In this document: piece by piece, positions 17,299-24,597 of the stretch
Numbering within the stretch: position 1 is the first letter of the stretch
Layout of the letters: each line of letters starts with the position of its first letter
Notes under the pieces: model-generated
Seen by the model: only the letters and a program-made list of their open reading frames with translations
The model's database searches: none
What the model was told of the DNA's origin: nothing
Position numbers and translations under genes: made by a program
NCBI GenBank assembly: GCA_964489645.1
Contig: CAZAZT010000037.1
Location: forward strand, 1-29,079
DNA from: an uncultured Chthoniobacteraceae bacterium
GTDB taxonomy: Bacteria; Verrucomicrobiota; Verrucomicrobiia; Chthoniobacterales; Chthoniobacteraceae
Direction: 5' to 3'
DNA: 29,079 nucleotides

Positions 17299-18570
17299 AT
17301 GGTTACTCATCCTCTCTCGCGGCGCGTTGTTCTCAAGAGCCTCGGAGCGACCGTTGCTCTCCCTTGGCTGGAATCCATCTCCAACGCAGCAGGCGACCGG
17401 CCCTCGGAAAAAACGCCTCCCAAACGCTTCGCCTTCCTGTTCTTTGGCGATGGAATCCACCCCCCCGAATGGTGGTCAAAGGGTGATGGAGCGAACCTCG
17501 AACTCGGTCCCGCGTTCGCATCACTCGAACCCGTCAAACAGAAAGTCAACTTCATCAACGGGTTGAAGAATCCCTACGGATCAGGGCACGCCCAAGGCGC
17601 TGCGGCAATCCTGAGCGGCGTCGGGCCGAAAAATGGACGGGAAATTCGTGCGGCAGCCAGTCTGGATCAGGTCCTCGCAAAGCGCATCGGCGATGCAACC
17701 GCTCTGTCGAGCCTCGTTCTCGCCTGCGAACGCCCGATCAGCGGATTCCATGAATCCGGCAACTCGATGATGTATGCATCCCACGTTTCCTGGAGTTCGC
17801 CGGTTTCTCCCGTCCCCGCAGAACTTTACCCTGCACTGGCTTTCGACAGTCTTTTCGAGAGTCGAGGCAACCAATCGCACGTGAGCGTGCTGGATCACGT
17901 GCGAGAACAACTCAACAACGTATCCCGAAAGGTTTCGCGTTCAGACAAAGCGAAGATCGAGGAGTACGCAACGAGCGTCCGAGAAGTCGAAACGCGACTC
18001 TCCCGCCTTCAGGCCAACGATAAAGATGCCGCAAGCGATGCCTTGAAAGCCAAACGCCCCCCGAATGGGCTGCCCTCTCAACTCGATGCCCACGCCCGCC
18101 TGATGTGCGACATCATCGCGCTCGCGTTCCAAGCCGACCGTACACGGATCGCGACCATGCTGCTGACAAACAACCTCTCCGGGCAGGTCTACCCTTTCCT
18201 CGGCTTGCGCGACGATCATCACAGCTTCTCGCACAGCTGGCAGAACAAGGAGTTCGCATCGATCTCGCGCTTCTGGGTCGAACAATACGGGTACCTGCTC
18301 GGTAAGTTGGCCTCGACCCAAGAGGGTGATGCCACCGTTCTCGATAACTCCTGCATCGTTCTCGCAAATGAACAATGGGTCGCCCACAGCGCAGAAAAAG
18401 TACCCCTTCTCATGGCGGGTGGACTGGGTGGAGCGTTCGCGACCGGTCGCTCTCTGGATTTCGAGAAAAGTCAGAACCGCAAGTTCTCGAGCCTCCTCAT
18501 GACGATTGCGGACCGAATGGGACTCAAGCTCGATAGCTTCGGCGACTCCACCCAAGCCCTCGAGATCTGA
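17299..18570 (+). CDS. DUF1552 family protein, Tat-type signal; module C partner
   Basis: 423 aa. N-terminus MVTHPLSRRVVLKSLGATVALPWL (twin-arginine-like). Conserved DUF1552-like blocks follow (...FAFLFFGDGIHPPEWW..., ...DHHSFSHSW..., ...PLLMAGGLGG...). It starts 60 nt after the module-C large gene on the same strand. Confidence 0.85.
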   Translation: MVTHPLSRRVVLKSLGATVALPWLESISNAAGDRPSEKTPPKRFAFLFFGDGIHPPEWWSKGDGANLELGPAFASLEPVKQKVNFINGLKNPYGSGHAQGAAAILSGVGPKNGREIRAAASLDQVLAKRIGDATALSSLVLACERPISGFHESGNSMMYASHVSWSSPVSPVPAELYPALAFDSLFESRGNQSHVSVLDHVREQLNNVSRKVSRSDKAKIEEYATSVREVETRLSRLQANDKDAASDALKAKRPPNGLPSQLDAHARLMCDIIALAFQADRTRIATMLLTNNLSGQVYPFLGLRDDHHSFSHSWQNKEFASISRFWVEQYGYLLGKLASTQEGDATVLDNSCIVLANEQWVAHSAEKVPLLMAGGLGGAFATGRSLDFEKSQNRKFSSLLMTIADRMGLKLDSFGDSTQALEI

Positions 18571-18597
18571 GGGAACTCCGCCGAAACGCAGCGCCAA

Positions 18598-18622
18598 GGG
18601 GATCGCACAAGAGTGCATCCCC
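18598..18622 (+). terminator. imperfect GC-rich stem-loop 28 nt downstream of the DUF1552 gene
   Basis: GGGGATcGCAC-AAGA-GTGCATCCCC gives 10 bp with one bulged C and a 4-nt loop. There is no U-tract; a T-rich run (cgttttgttttcc) occurs ~80 nt further, before pyrF. Confidence 0.25.
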
Positions 18623-18742
18623 GCTGACTGCGCATCCATCTCTTGCCCGCAAACGTTGATGACGGCGGGGAGAACCTCGCGGCCCTGTATGCCTGCGCCT
18701 CGTTTTGTTTTCCATCAGTTCAAGTGTACGCCATCCTGATGC

Positions 18743-19555
18743 ATGGAATCGTTCTTCCGCCTTCTTGAAAATCGAGTGGACCAGTGCGGGTCTCTTCTGT
18801 GCGTCGGGCTTGACCCCCATGTTTCGGACCTCACGGCTCCTAAAGCAGAAGCCGCTCTCCAGTTCAGCATCCGCCTTATCACGGAAACCGCTCCATACGC
18901 CGCAGCCTTCAAACCGAACGTCGCCTTTTTTGAACAGTTCGGAGCCCAAGGCTGGATTGTTCTCGAACAAGTCATCCAGGCCATCGCGCAGGAATCCAAA
19001 CGGTTGGGATCTGAGATCCCCGTTGTTCTTGATGCGAAACGCGGCGATATCTCCACAACCGCAGACGCCTACGCGCGCTCGGCCTTCGATCATCTGAAAG
19101 CTCACTCCATCACGCTAAGCCCCTATCTGGGCCGCGATTCCGTGGAACCATTCATCGGTAATCCCCAGAACGGGGTCTTCTTGCTCTGCAAAACATCCAA
19201 TCCCGGCTCAGCCGATTTACAGGACTTATCCCTCTCAACAAACGAACCCCTCTACCTCCACGTGGCCCGACTCGCCAACCAGTGGAATGTTCGGGACAAC
19301 ATCGGGTTGGTCATCGGTGCAACCCAGCCGGAAGCCCTGCGGAAAGTTCGCCAAGCCGTTCCCACTCTGTGGTTCCTCTGTCCTGGCATTGGGGCTCAGG
19401 GCGGCGACTTGGAAACCGCACTCAACGCCGGTCTGCGTGCAGACCGCAAAGGGATGCTCATCCCGGTTTCCCGAGGCATCTCCCGCGCCCAATCCCCTGC
19501 GCAAGCCGCCAAAGAGATGGGCGAGGCCATCCGCCGAGTGACAAGTGGGCGATAA
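18743..19555 (+). CDS. pyrF: orotidine 5'-phosphate decarboxylase (long type)
   Basis: 270 aa. Carries ...SLLCVGLDPH..., ...VVLDAKRGDISTTADAYA..., and a C-terminal ...GIGAQGG... phosphate-binding loop. Confidence 0.88.
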   Translation: MESFFRLLENRVDQCGSLLCVGLDPHVSDLTAPKAEAALQFSIRLITETAPYAAAFKPNVAFFEQFGAQGWIVLEQVIQAIAQESKRLGSEIPVVLDAKRGDISTTADAYARSAFDHLKAHSITLSPYLGRDSVEPFIGNPQNGVFLLCKTSNPGSADLQDLSLSTNEPLYLHVARLANQWNVRDNIGLVIGATQPEALRKVRQAVPTLWFLCPGIGAQGGDLETALNAGLRADRKGMLIPVSRGISRAQSPAQAAKEMGEAIRRVTSGR

Positions 19556-19622
19556 GCCCTCCTGTGCATCAAACCTCAAAGGAGTTTTGCCGGACCATTC
19601 CCGAACAAGCATCCGACGCTCT

Positions 19623-20309
19623 TCAGCTCAAGTGACGGGGTAACACCTCGGCCACCACCTCGGCAAACGACTCCAGCGATACCTCTTGCCCGCGCTCACG
19701 CGACAAGCTTGTCATCTCCACTCCGGCGATGCCGCATGGCGTGATCTCACCAAATCCTGAGACGTCCGCCGCAACATTCAGAGCGAAGCCATGCATCGCA
19801 ACCCATCTCCGAACTCCCACCCCGATCGAGGCCAATTTCCGATTCCCAACCCAAACGCCCGTAAGCCCCTCTCGAAACCCCGCCTCAACACCAAAAGCCA
19901 ACGCCGCCTCACTCAACCCCATCTCAATGGACCGAAGATACCGGTGCAAGTCCTTGCCTCCACGCCGAAGGTCGAACAACGGATATCCAACCAACTGTCC
20001 CGGACCATGATAAGTCGCCTTCCCCCCTCGATTCACTTCCACCACCGGAACGCCACTGGCCTCCACATCCCCTAAACTGCTCCGATCGGGAGAACGCCCG
20101 ATGGTGTACACCGGCTCATGCTCAAGCAGCAACAACACATCCTCCGCCTCCGTCTCCTTCGCCTTCGCGGCAACAATCGACTCCTGCCAATCCAACGCCT
20201 CAGAGTACCCAACACGCCCAAGCCATAATACCCGCCAACGTCCGTCCATTTGGCGCCACTCCCGAATCCCGCTCAGACCGTCCGGCAGCTGCAACTCTCG
20301 ATAAGCCAT
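19623..20309 (-). CDS. lipB: lipoyl(octanoyl) transferase
   Basis: The ORF track starts at TTG 20312; the first ATG at 20307-20309 gives MAYRELQLPDG.... LipB signature ...VNRGGKATYHGPGQLVGYPLFDL... is present, plus ...KLASIGVGVRRWVAMHGFALNV.... The ATG shares 1 nt with the ruvC stop (TGATG). Confidence 0.9.
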   Translation of the reverse strand: MAYRELQLPDGLSGIREWRQMDGRWRVLWLGRVGYSEALDWQESIVAAKAKETEAEDVLLLLEHEPVYTIGRSPDRSSLGDVEASGVPVVEVNRGGKATYHGPGQLVGYPLFDLRRGGKDLHRYLRSIEMGLSEAALAFGVEAGFREGLTGVWVGNRKLASIGVGVRRWVAMHGFALNVAADVSGFGEITPCGIAGVEMTSLSRERGQEVSLESFAEVVAEVLPRHLS

Positions 20310-20908
20310 CAAATACGCTCCTTGCTGGTCAAATCCAATCCGCGCGCCACCGCCATCTGAAGGTGAGTCAGCCCAATCGCCAATGCATCCGCCGCATCAG
20401 GTGGAGGCGTCTCCGTTAACCCCAGCATCGCACGAACCATGAACCCCACCTGCGATTTGTCCGCACCACCATGCCCGACAACCGCCTGTTTAACGCGCCG
20501 AGGAGCATATTCGAAAATCTCCAGACCCCTTGAAGCTGCAGCCAGAACTGCCACCCCCCGAGCACTTCCGAGCGTCATCGCGGTCCGCAAACTCTGCACA
20601 TAAATCACCGCCTCAAAGGCCGCAACGGTCGGTTCATACTCCCGGATGACATCCGTCAAAACCCTCGATATCTCAACCAAACACCCCGAATGCAACAGCT
20701 TGGGTGGATTCCGAACGACGCCGTAGGTCAAGGCTAGAGGTTTCTGGAGATCTCCTCCGTGCTCCAAAATGGCGTACCCAGTACCTCTCAACGAGGGGTC
20801 AACCGATATCAGACGCTCTCGCCTGTCAGAGGTCACCAGATCTCTGTTCGCAAGAAGGGTTGATGAAAGGCCCAAAACGTTCAGCTCCGAGAAGGTCCTG
20901 CGTTCCAA
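20309..20908 (-). CDS. ruvC: crossover junction endodeoxyribonuclease RuvC (start uncertain)
   Basis: Core ...LISVDPSLRGTGYAILEHGG...EYEPTVAAFEAVIYVQSLRTAMTLGSARGVAVLAAA...VKQAVVGHGGADKSQV... is RuvC. The ORF track starts at TTG 20908, giving an atypical ~34-aa N-terminal extension. No ATG is available; GTG 20836 and GTG 20803 are possible starts. End fixed at stop 20309-20311. Confidence 0.78.
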   Translation of the reverse strand: MERRTFSELNVLGLSSTLLANRDLVTSDRRERLISVDPSLRGTGYAILEHGGDLQKPLALTYGVVRNPPKLLHSGCLVEISRVLTDVIREYEPTVAAFEAVIYVQSLRTAMTLGSARGVAVLAAASRGLEIFEYAPRRVKQAVVGHGGADKSQVGFMVRAMLGLTETPPPDAADALAIGLTHLQMAVARGLDLTSKERI

Positions 20909-20923
20909 CCGGATCTATCCGGA

Positions 20924-22168
20924 TCAGTTCGCCAAGATGCGTTTGACCTCGCGAAACGCTTTGATCGCCCCTTGGATGTCGCCAGACATCTCCTTGAGGT
21001 AACCGATCCGGAACCAAGCATCCCGCTGGTCCTTGTCTTGGCTCACAACCGATTCAAACAACTCCAACGCCTTCGCCCCATTCTCAGACTTCAGCGCCTC
21101 GTTTCCTTCCCGTAAAGCAGCCGCAATCTGTTCCTTTCTCTCCAGAGCCGTGGCAGGTTTTTTGGGAACCACCGGCGTAGAGACTTCCTTTGCAGGCACT
21201 GTCGGAGGCACGCTCTCTGTCGGAGCGACCGCTGCGGTCGGCGAACCCTTCGGATCCGCGGCCGGCTCCGTTCCCTTCGATGAGGTCATCGCCTCTTTGA
21301 CGTCCCCCTTCGAATCCACAATCGCTGGAGGAACGCCCGCATCGCTCGACTTCATCGTGCTCGGGGACTTCACCACCGCTGCCGTGTCACTCGTGCTCGG
21401 CGCATCATCCTCAACCACAGGCGGCTTCTCACTCGGTTTGGACGCCTCGGTGGCTGTTGGAACCAACGATCCCACAACCGCTCGCGCGTCGCTCCCAGCA
21501 TCCGCCAATGCCTTGTTCAACTCCGCTTGAACCGCTTCCTTACTGACCTCTTTTTTCGGCTCCTTGCTCGAGGAGCCGCTCTTTGACGATGCAACCATCT
21601 TGCTGCCAGACTTGCTCGGATTCGAAGGCTTCGGAGCCTCCTCTTTCGCGCTGTCAGCCACCGTTTCAACCTTCGCTGGAGTTTCCTTCACCGTCGCTTT
21701 GGGCGCGGGCGGCTCAATGGCAACCATCTGAAGCGGACGCCGAGGCAAAGGAGGTCTCGGGAGCGGGGCCACAGCCTCAACCGCTGGAGTGGAGAACGAC
21801 ATCTTGCCGTCGTCAGAAGCTTTCGCACGCGGCTCCGGCTTCGACCCAACTTTGGCCACCTTGGTAGACGGGTTGGATGAAACCTTCACCGATGTCCCCG
21901 ATCCTGAACCCTTTTTTTCCGTCGAACCCTTTGCAACAACCGCCTCCTTGTCCTTCGCCCCCTGGACTGGACGACTCACAACCACAGCCGGTTGCGTCGT
22001 CGCCTTTTGGGACGAAATCAGTGCGGCTTTAGCCGAAGTCTTGGTTTTTGCGACCGCCTTAGAACTCGACGGAGGTTCGGCCTTGGCCTGACGCTCCTTG
22101 CGTCCCGCTGTACAACCCACAGAGCTCAAGGCGATAGCGCCCGCCAAGACATAGATCACGGTTTTCAT
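20924..22168 (-). CDS. lipoprotein with ~325-aa K/S/P/A/T/E-rich disordered region and C-terminal TPR-like domain
   Basis: ATG 22166-22168. Signal peptide plus lipobox MKTVIYVLAGAIALSSVGC. Residues ~20-345 are low complexity (…KAVAKTKTSAKAALISSQKATTQP…SGSGTSVKVSSNPSTKVAKVGSKPEP…KEAPKPSNPSKSGSKMVASSKSGSSSKEPKKE…). The last ~70 aa (...ALKSENGAKALELFESVVSQDKDQRDAWFRIGYLKEMSGDIQGAIKAFREV...) look like two TPR motifs. The plus-strand ORF 21033..21530 is an antisense artefact. Confidence 0.65.
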   Translation of the reverse strand: MKTVIYVLAGAIALSSVGCTAGRKERQAKAEPPSSSKAVAKTKTSAKAALISSQKATTQPAVVVSRPVQGAKDKEAVVAKGSTEKKGSGSGTSVKVSSNPSTKVAKVGSKPEPRAKASDDGKMSFSTPAVEAVAPLPRPPLPRRPLQMVAIEPPAPKATVKETPAKVETVADSAKEEAPKPSNPSKSGSKMVASSKSGSSSKEPKKEVSKEAVQAELNKALADAGSDARAVVGSLVPTATEASKPSEKPPVVEDDAPSTSDTAAVVKSPSTMKSSDAGVPPAIVDSKGDVKEAMTSSKGTEPAADPKGSPTAAVAPTESVPPTVPAKEVSTPVVPKKPATALERKEQIAAALREGNEALKSENGAKALELFESVVSQDKDQRDAWFRIGYLKEMSGDIQGAIKAFREVKRILAN

Positions 22169-22183
22169 CGTAAAAAACTTTCA

Positions 22184-22218
22184 GCTTACCTTAGCAGGAA
22201 GGAAGCCATTCGGTAAGC
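22184..22218 (-). other. stem-loop between rmlD stop and lipoprotein start
   Basis: gcttacc / ggtaagc gives a 7-bp stem with a 21-nt loop, 4 nt after the rmlD stop. On the minus-strand RNA it is followed after 6 nt by UUUUUU. This is a weak terminator candidate, or a 5'-leader structure for the lipoprotein gene. Confidence 0.2.
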
Positions 22219-22222
22219 GCAA

Positions 22223-23113
22223 TCAGACCAAGCTGAGAGGCATCCCCGATACATACTCGGCAACGGCCTCCTGCCACGACCGCATCCGGACGCCTGCCAA
22301 TCGTTCAAACCGGCCACACAATAAGGTCGAATGGACAGGCCGCCGCGCCACAAACGCGGCAATATCTGCCATCCGAATCGGCAACACGCTGTTCGCTTTC
22401 AAAGCGCCTCCGCCCGCAGAGAAAACATCCAAAGCATGCTGACCATACTCCCGCCAAGTGCACGTCCCAGCGTTCGCAAGGTGATAGATCCCACCTTCAG
22501 TGACCGCCCCACTCACCATCAACCCCATCCATTTCGCCAAATCTTTTGTGTACGCAGGCGATGACCACTTGTCGTCCACCGCAGAGACCTCCAAATCCGT
22601 CGCAGCCCGTTTCAGGATTTGATCCACAAAACTGGGCCGATCCGGACCAAAAACCCAAGAAACTCGGACCACTCGAAATCGGTCGGAGACTTCCAGAACC
22701 TCTTGCTCCCCCCGCAACTTGCTCCGTCCGTATTCGCTGATCGGCAACGCCTCATCCGTTTCTTCGTAGGCCCCCCCCTTGCTGCCATCGAACACGTAAT
22801 CCGTGCTCACATGGATCAAATCCGCTCCGCGACGTGAACAAACCTCCGCCATCACCCGGGGAGCCACAGCGTTCACCTGATTCGCCTCATCCCGATGCGT
22901 CTCGCAGTGATCCACCTGCGTAAGGGCCGCACAGTTCACCAAGACATCAAAATCCTCTCGCTCCAATCGTTCCCGCAACCTGTTCGAATCCTCCAACCCG
23001 ATATCCACCCGAGCAAGCCCCCTCACATCACTCCCCGCCACTCTCCAATCCTGCACCAATCGTGCTCCCAAACGCCCACCAGAACCTACCACCAAAATCT
23101 TTTGCTTCGCCAT
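22223..23113 (-). CDS. rmlD: dTDP-4-dehydrorhamnose reductase
   Basis: 296 aa. Starts MAKQKILVVGSGGRLG (Rossmann GxxGxxG). Carries ...LIHVSTDYVFDGSKGGAYEETD...PISEYGRSKLRGEQ... (the YxxxK of RmlD/SDR) and a C-terminal substrate-binding region. Confidence 0.85.
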   Translation of the reverse strand: MAKQKILVVGSGGRLGARLVQDWRVAGSDVRGLARVDIGLEDSNRLRERLEREDFDVLVNCAALTQVDHCETHRDEANQVNAVAPRVMAEVCSRRGADLIHVSTDYVFDGSKGGAYEETDEALPISEYGRSKLRGEQEVLEVSDRFRVVRVSWVFGPDRPSFVDQILKRAATDLEVSAVDDKWSSPAYTKDLAKWMGLMVSGAVTEGGIYHLANAGTCTWREYGQHALDVFSAGGGALKANSVLPIRMADIAAFVARRPVHSTLLCGRFERLAGVRMRSWQEAVAEYVSGMPLSLV

Positions 23114-23154
23114 CCCCCGAGCATTCGGCGATCAAATCGCGCACATCAAGCCTG

Positions 23155-24597
23155 CTAAGCCAAAATCCCGCGGACGATTCGCCCGTGAACATCCGTTAAC
23201 CGGTACCGCCGCCCCTGGAACTTGTAGGTCAATCGCTCGTGATCCATCCCCAACAGATGCATCAGCGTCGCTTGGAAATCATGCACATGCACCCCATTCT
23301 CCACCACGTTGTAGCCAAACTCATCCGTGCGCCCGTATACGGATCCCCCCTTGATACCCCCACCCGCCATCCAGATCGTGAAACACCGAGGATGATGGTC
23401 CCTCCCGAAGTTCGTGGACAATTTCCCCTGCGAATAGTTGGTGCGGCCGAACTCTCCGCCCCAAACCACCAATGTCTCATCCAACATCCCTCGCTGCTTC
23501 AAATCGCGAATCAACGCAGCAGCGGGCTGATCCGTCTCCTTGCACAGCCTTGGTATCGCGCTCGGCAACCCTCCGTGATGGTCCCAATCCTGATGGTACA
23601 ACTGGATGAAGCGGACGCCTCTCTCCGCCAGTCGCCTAGCTAAAAGGCAGTTAGCCGCAAAACTTCCTGGAGTCCGCGCATCCGAACCGTACATCTCGAA
23701 CGTCGACTCCGTCTCTGACGAAAAATCTGTCACGTCGGGGATGCTGAACTGCATCCGGAACGCCATCTCGTAGTTGGCAATCCGACTCCTCAAATCCGGC
23801 CCCCCATCCACCACCGCTTGCGCGTCATGCAGCTGACGCAACCCGTCCAACATCTTCCGCCGATTCTCAGCCCCAACTCCCTCCGGATTACCCAAATACA
23901 ACACCGGATCCTTCGCCGCTCGGAACTGGATGCCCTGATGTTCGGTCGGCAAGAAGCCACTTCCCCAAAGGTGCGCTCCTAACGGCTGCCCACCCTTGCC
24001 CTTGGTGATCAACACAACAAAACCCGGCAAGTTCTTGTTCTCCGACCCCAACCCGTAACTCAACCACGCTCCAATGCTCGGACGCCCATTCACCTGACTC
24101 CCCGTCTGAAAAAAAGTCACACCCGGTCCGTGGTTGATCGACTCCGTGTACATCGAGTTGATGAAACACAGGTCTCCTGCAACCGATGCAGTCTGCGGCA
24201 ATAGCTCACTCACCCACGCGCCAGACGGCCCATGCTGCGCAAACCCGAAGGGACTTCCAACCATCGGTATGGATGACTGGTTCCCCGACATCCCCGTCAA
24301 CCGTTGCCCACCTCGAACGGAATCCGGCAACTGTTCTCCGTGCCGCTCTTTCAGCAACGGCTTGTGATCGAACAGATCCAACTGCGACGGTCCGCCCGAC
24401 ATGAACAGATAGATCACACGTTTCGCTTTCGGCGCAAAATGGGTCAACCCGCTCGGCACTCCCCCCCCACCCACCCCGTCTCCAGGATCACTCTGCGCCA
24501 TCATCTCGCCCAATGCCATTCCCCCCAAACCCATTCCTGATTGATTGAGAAAATGTCTCCTCGAGAGGCCTGCAAATGTTCCGTCCATACGTTTCAA
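23155..24597 (-). CDS. DUF1501 family protein, Tat signal; module B partner (paralog of 7698-9161)
   Basis: 480 aa from TTG 24597 (overlapping the stop of the upstream PSD1-B gene). The first ATG at ~24588 gives MDGTFAGLSRRHFLNQSGMGLGGMALG (twin-arginine). Hallmarks are shared with module A: ...VIYLFMSGGPSQLDLFDHKP..., ...WDHHGGLP..., ...VVWGGEFGRT..., ...GRDHHPRCFTIWMAGGGIKGG.... In this segment the author's manual base count ran 1 nt short of the ORF-track coordinates (counts match on both sides of the segment), so ORF-track coordinates are used. Confidence 0.85.
   Translation of the reverse strand: MKRMDGTFAGLSRRHFLNQSGMGLGGMALGEMMAQSDPGDGVGGGGVPSGLTHFAPKAKRVIYLFMSGGPSQLDLFDHKPLLKERHGEQLPDSVRGGQRLTGMSGNQSSIPMVGSPFGFAQHGPSGAWVSELLPQTASVAGDLCFINSMYTESINHGPGVTFFQTGSQVNGRPSIGAWLSYGLGSENKNLPGFVVLITKGKGGQPLGAHLWGSGFLPTEHQGIQFRAAKDPVLYLGNPEGVGAENRRKMLDGLRQLHDAQAVVDGGPDLRSRIANYEMAFRMQFSIPDVTDFSSETESTFEMYGSDARTPGSFAANCLLARRLAERGVRFIQLYHQDWDHHGGLPSAIPRLCKETDQPAAALIRDLKQRGMLDETLVVWGGEFGRTNYSQGKLSTNFGRDHHPRCFTIWMAGGGIKGGSVYGRTDEFGYNVVENGVHVHDFQATLMHLLGMDHERLTYKFQGRRYRLTDVHGRIVRGILA

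Noticed and set aside
16081-17566. ORFs 16081..16968(-), 16599..17165(+), 16763..17566(+)
   Set aside because: Overlapping or antisense frames within the module-C large gene and the start of the DUF1552 gene. R/S/P-rich, no domains.
17941-19105. minus-strand ORFs 17941..18639 (232 aa) and 18524..19105 (193 aa)
   Set aside because: Antisense to the DUF1552 gene and pyrF respectively.
21033-22091. plus-strand ORFs inside the lipoprotein gene (165, 94, 100 aa)
   Set aside because: The minus-strand frame has a canonical lipoprotein signal, is uninterrupted for 414 codons and ends in a TPR-like fold. The plus-strand frames are S/T/A/G low-complexity mirror images.
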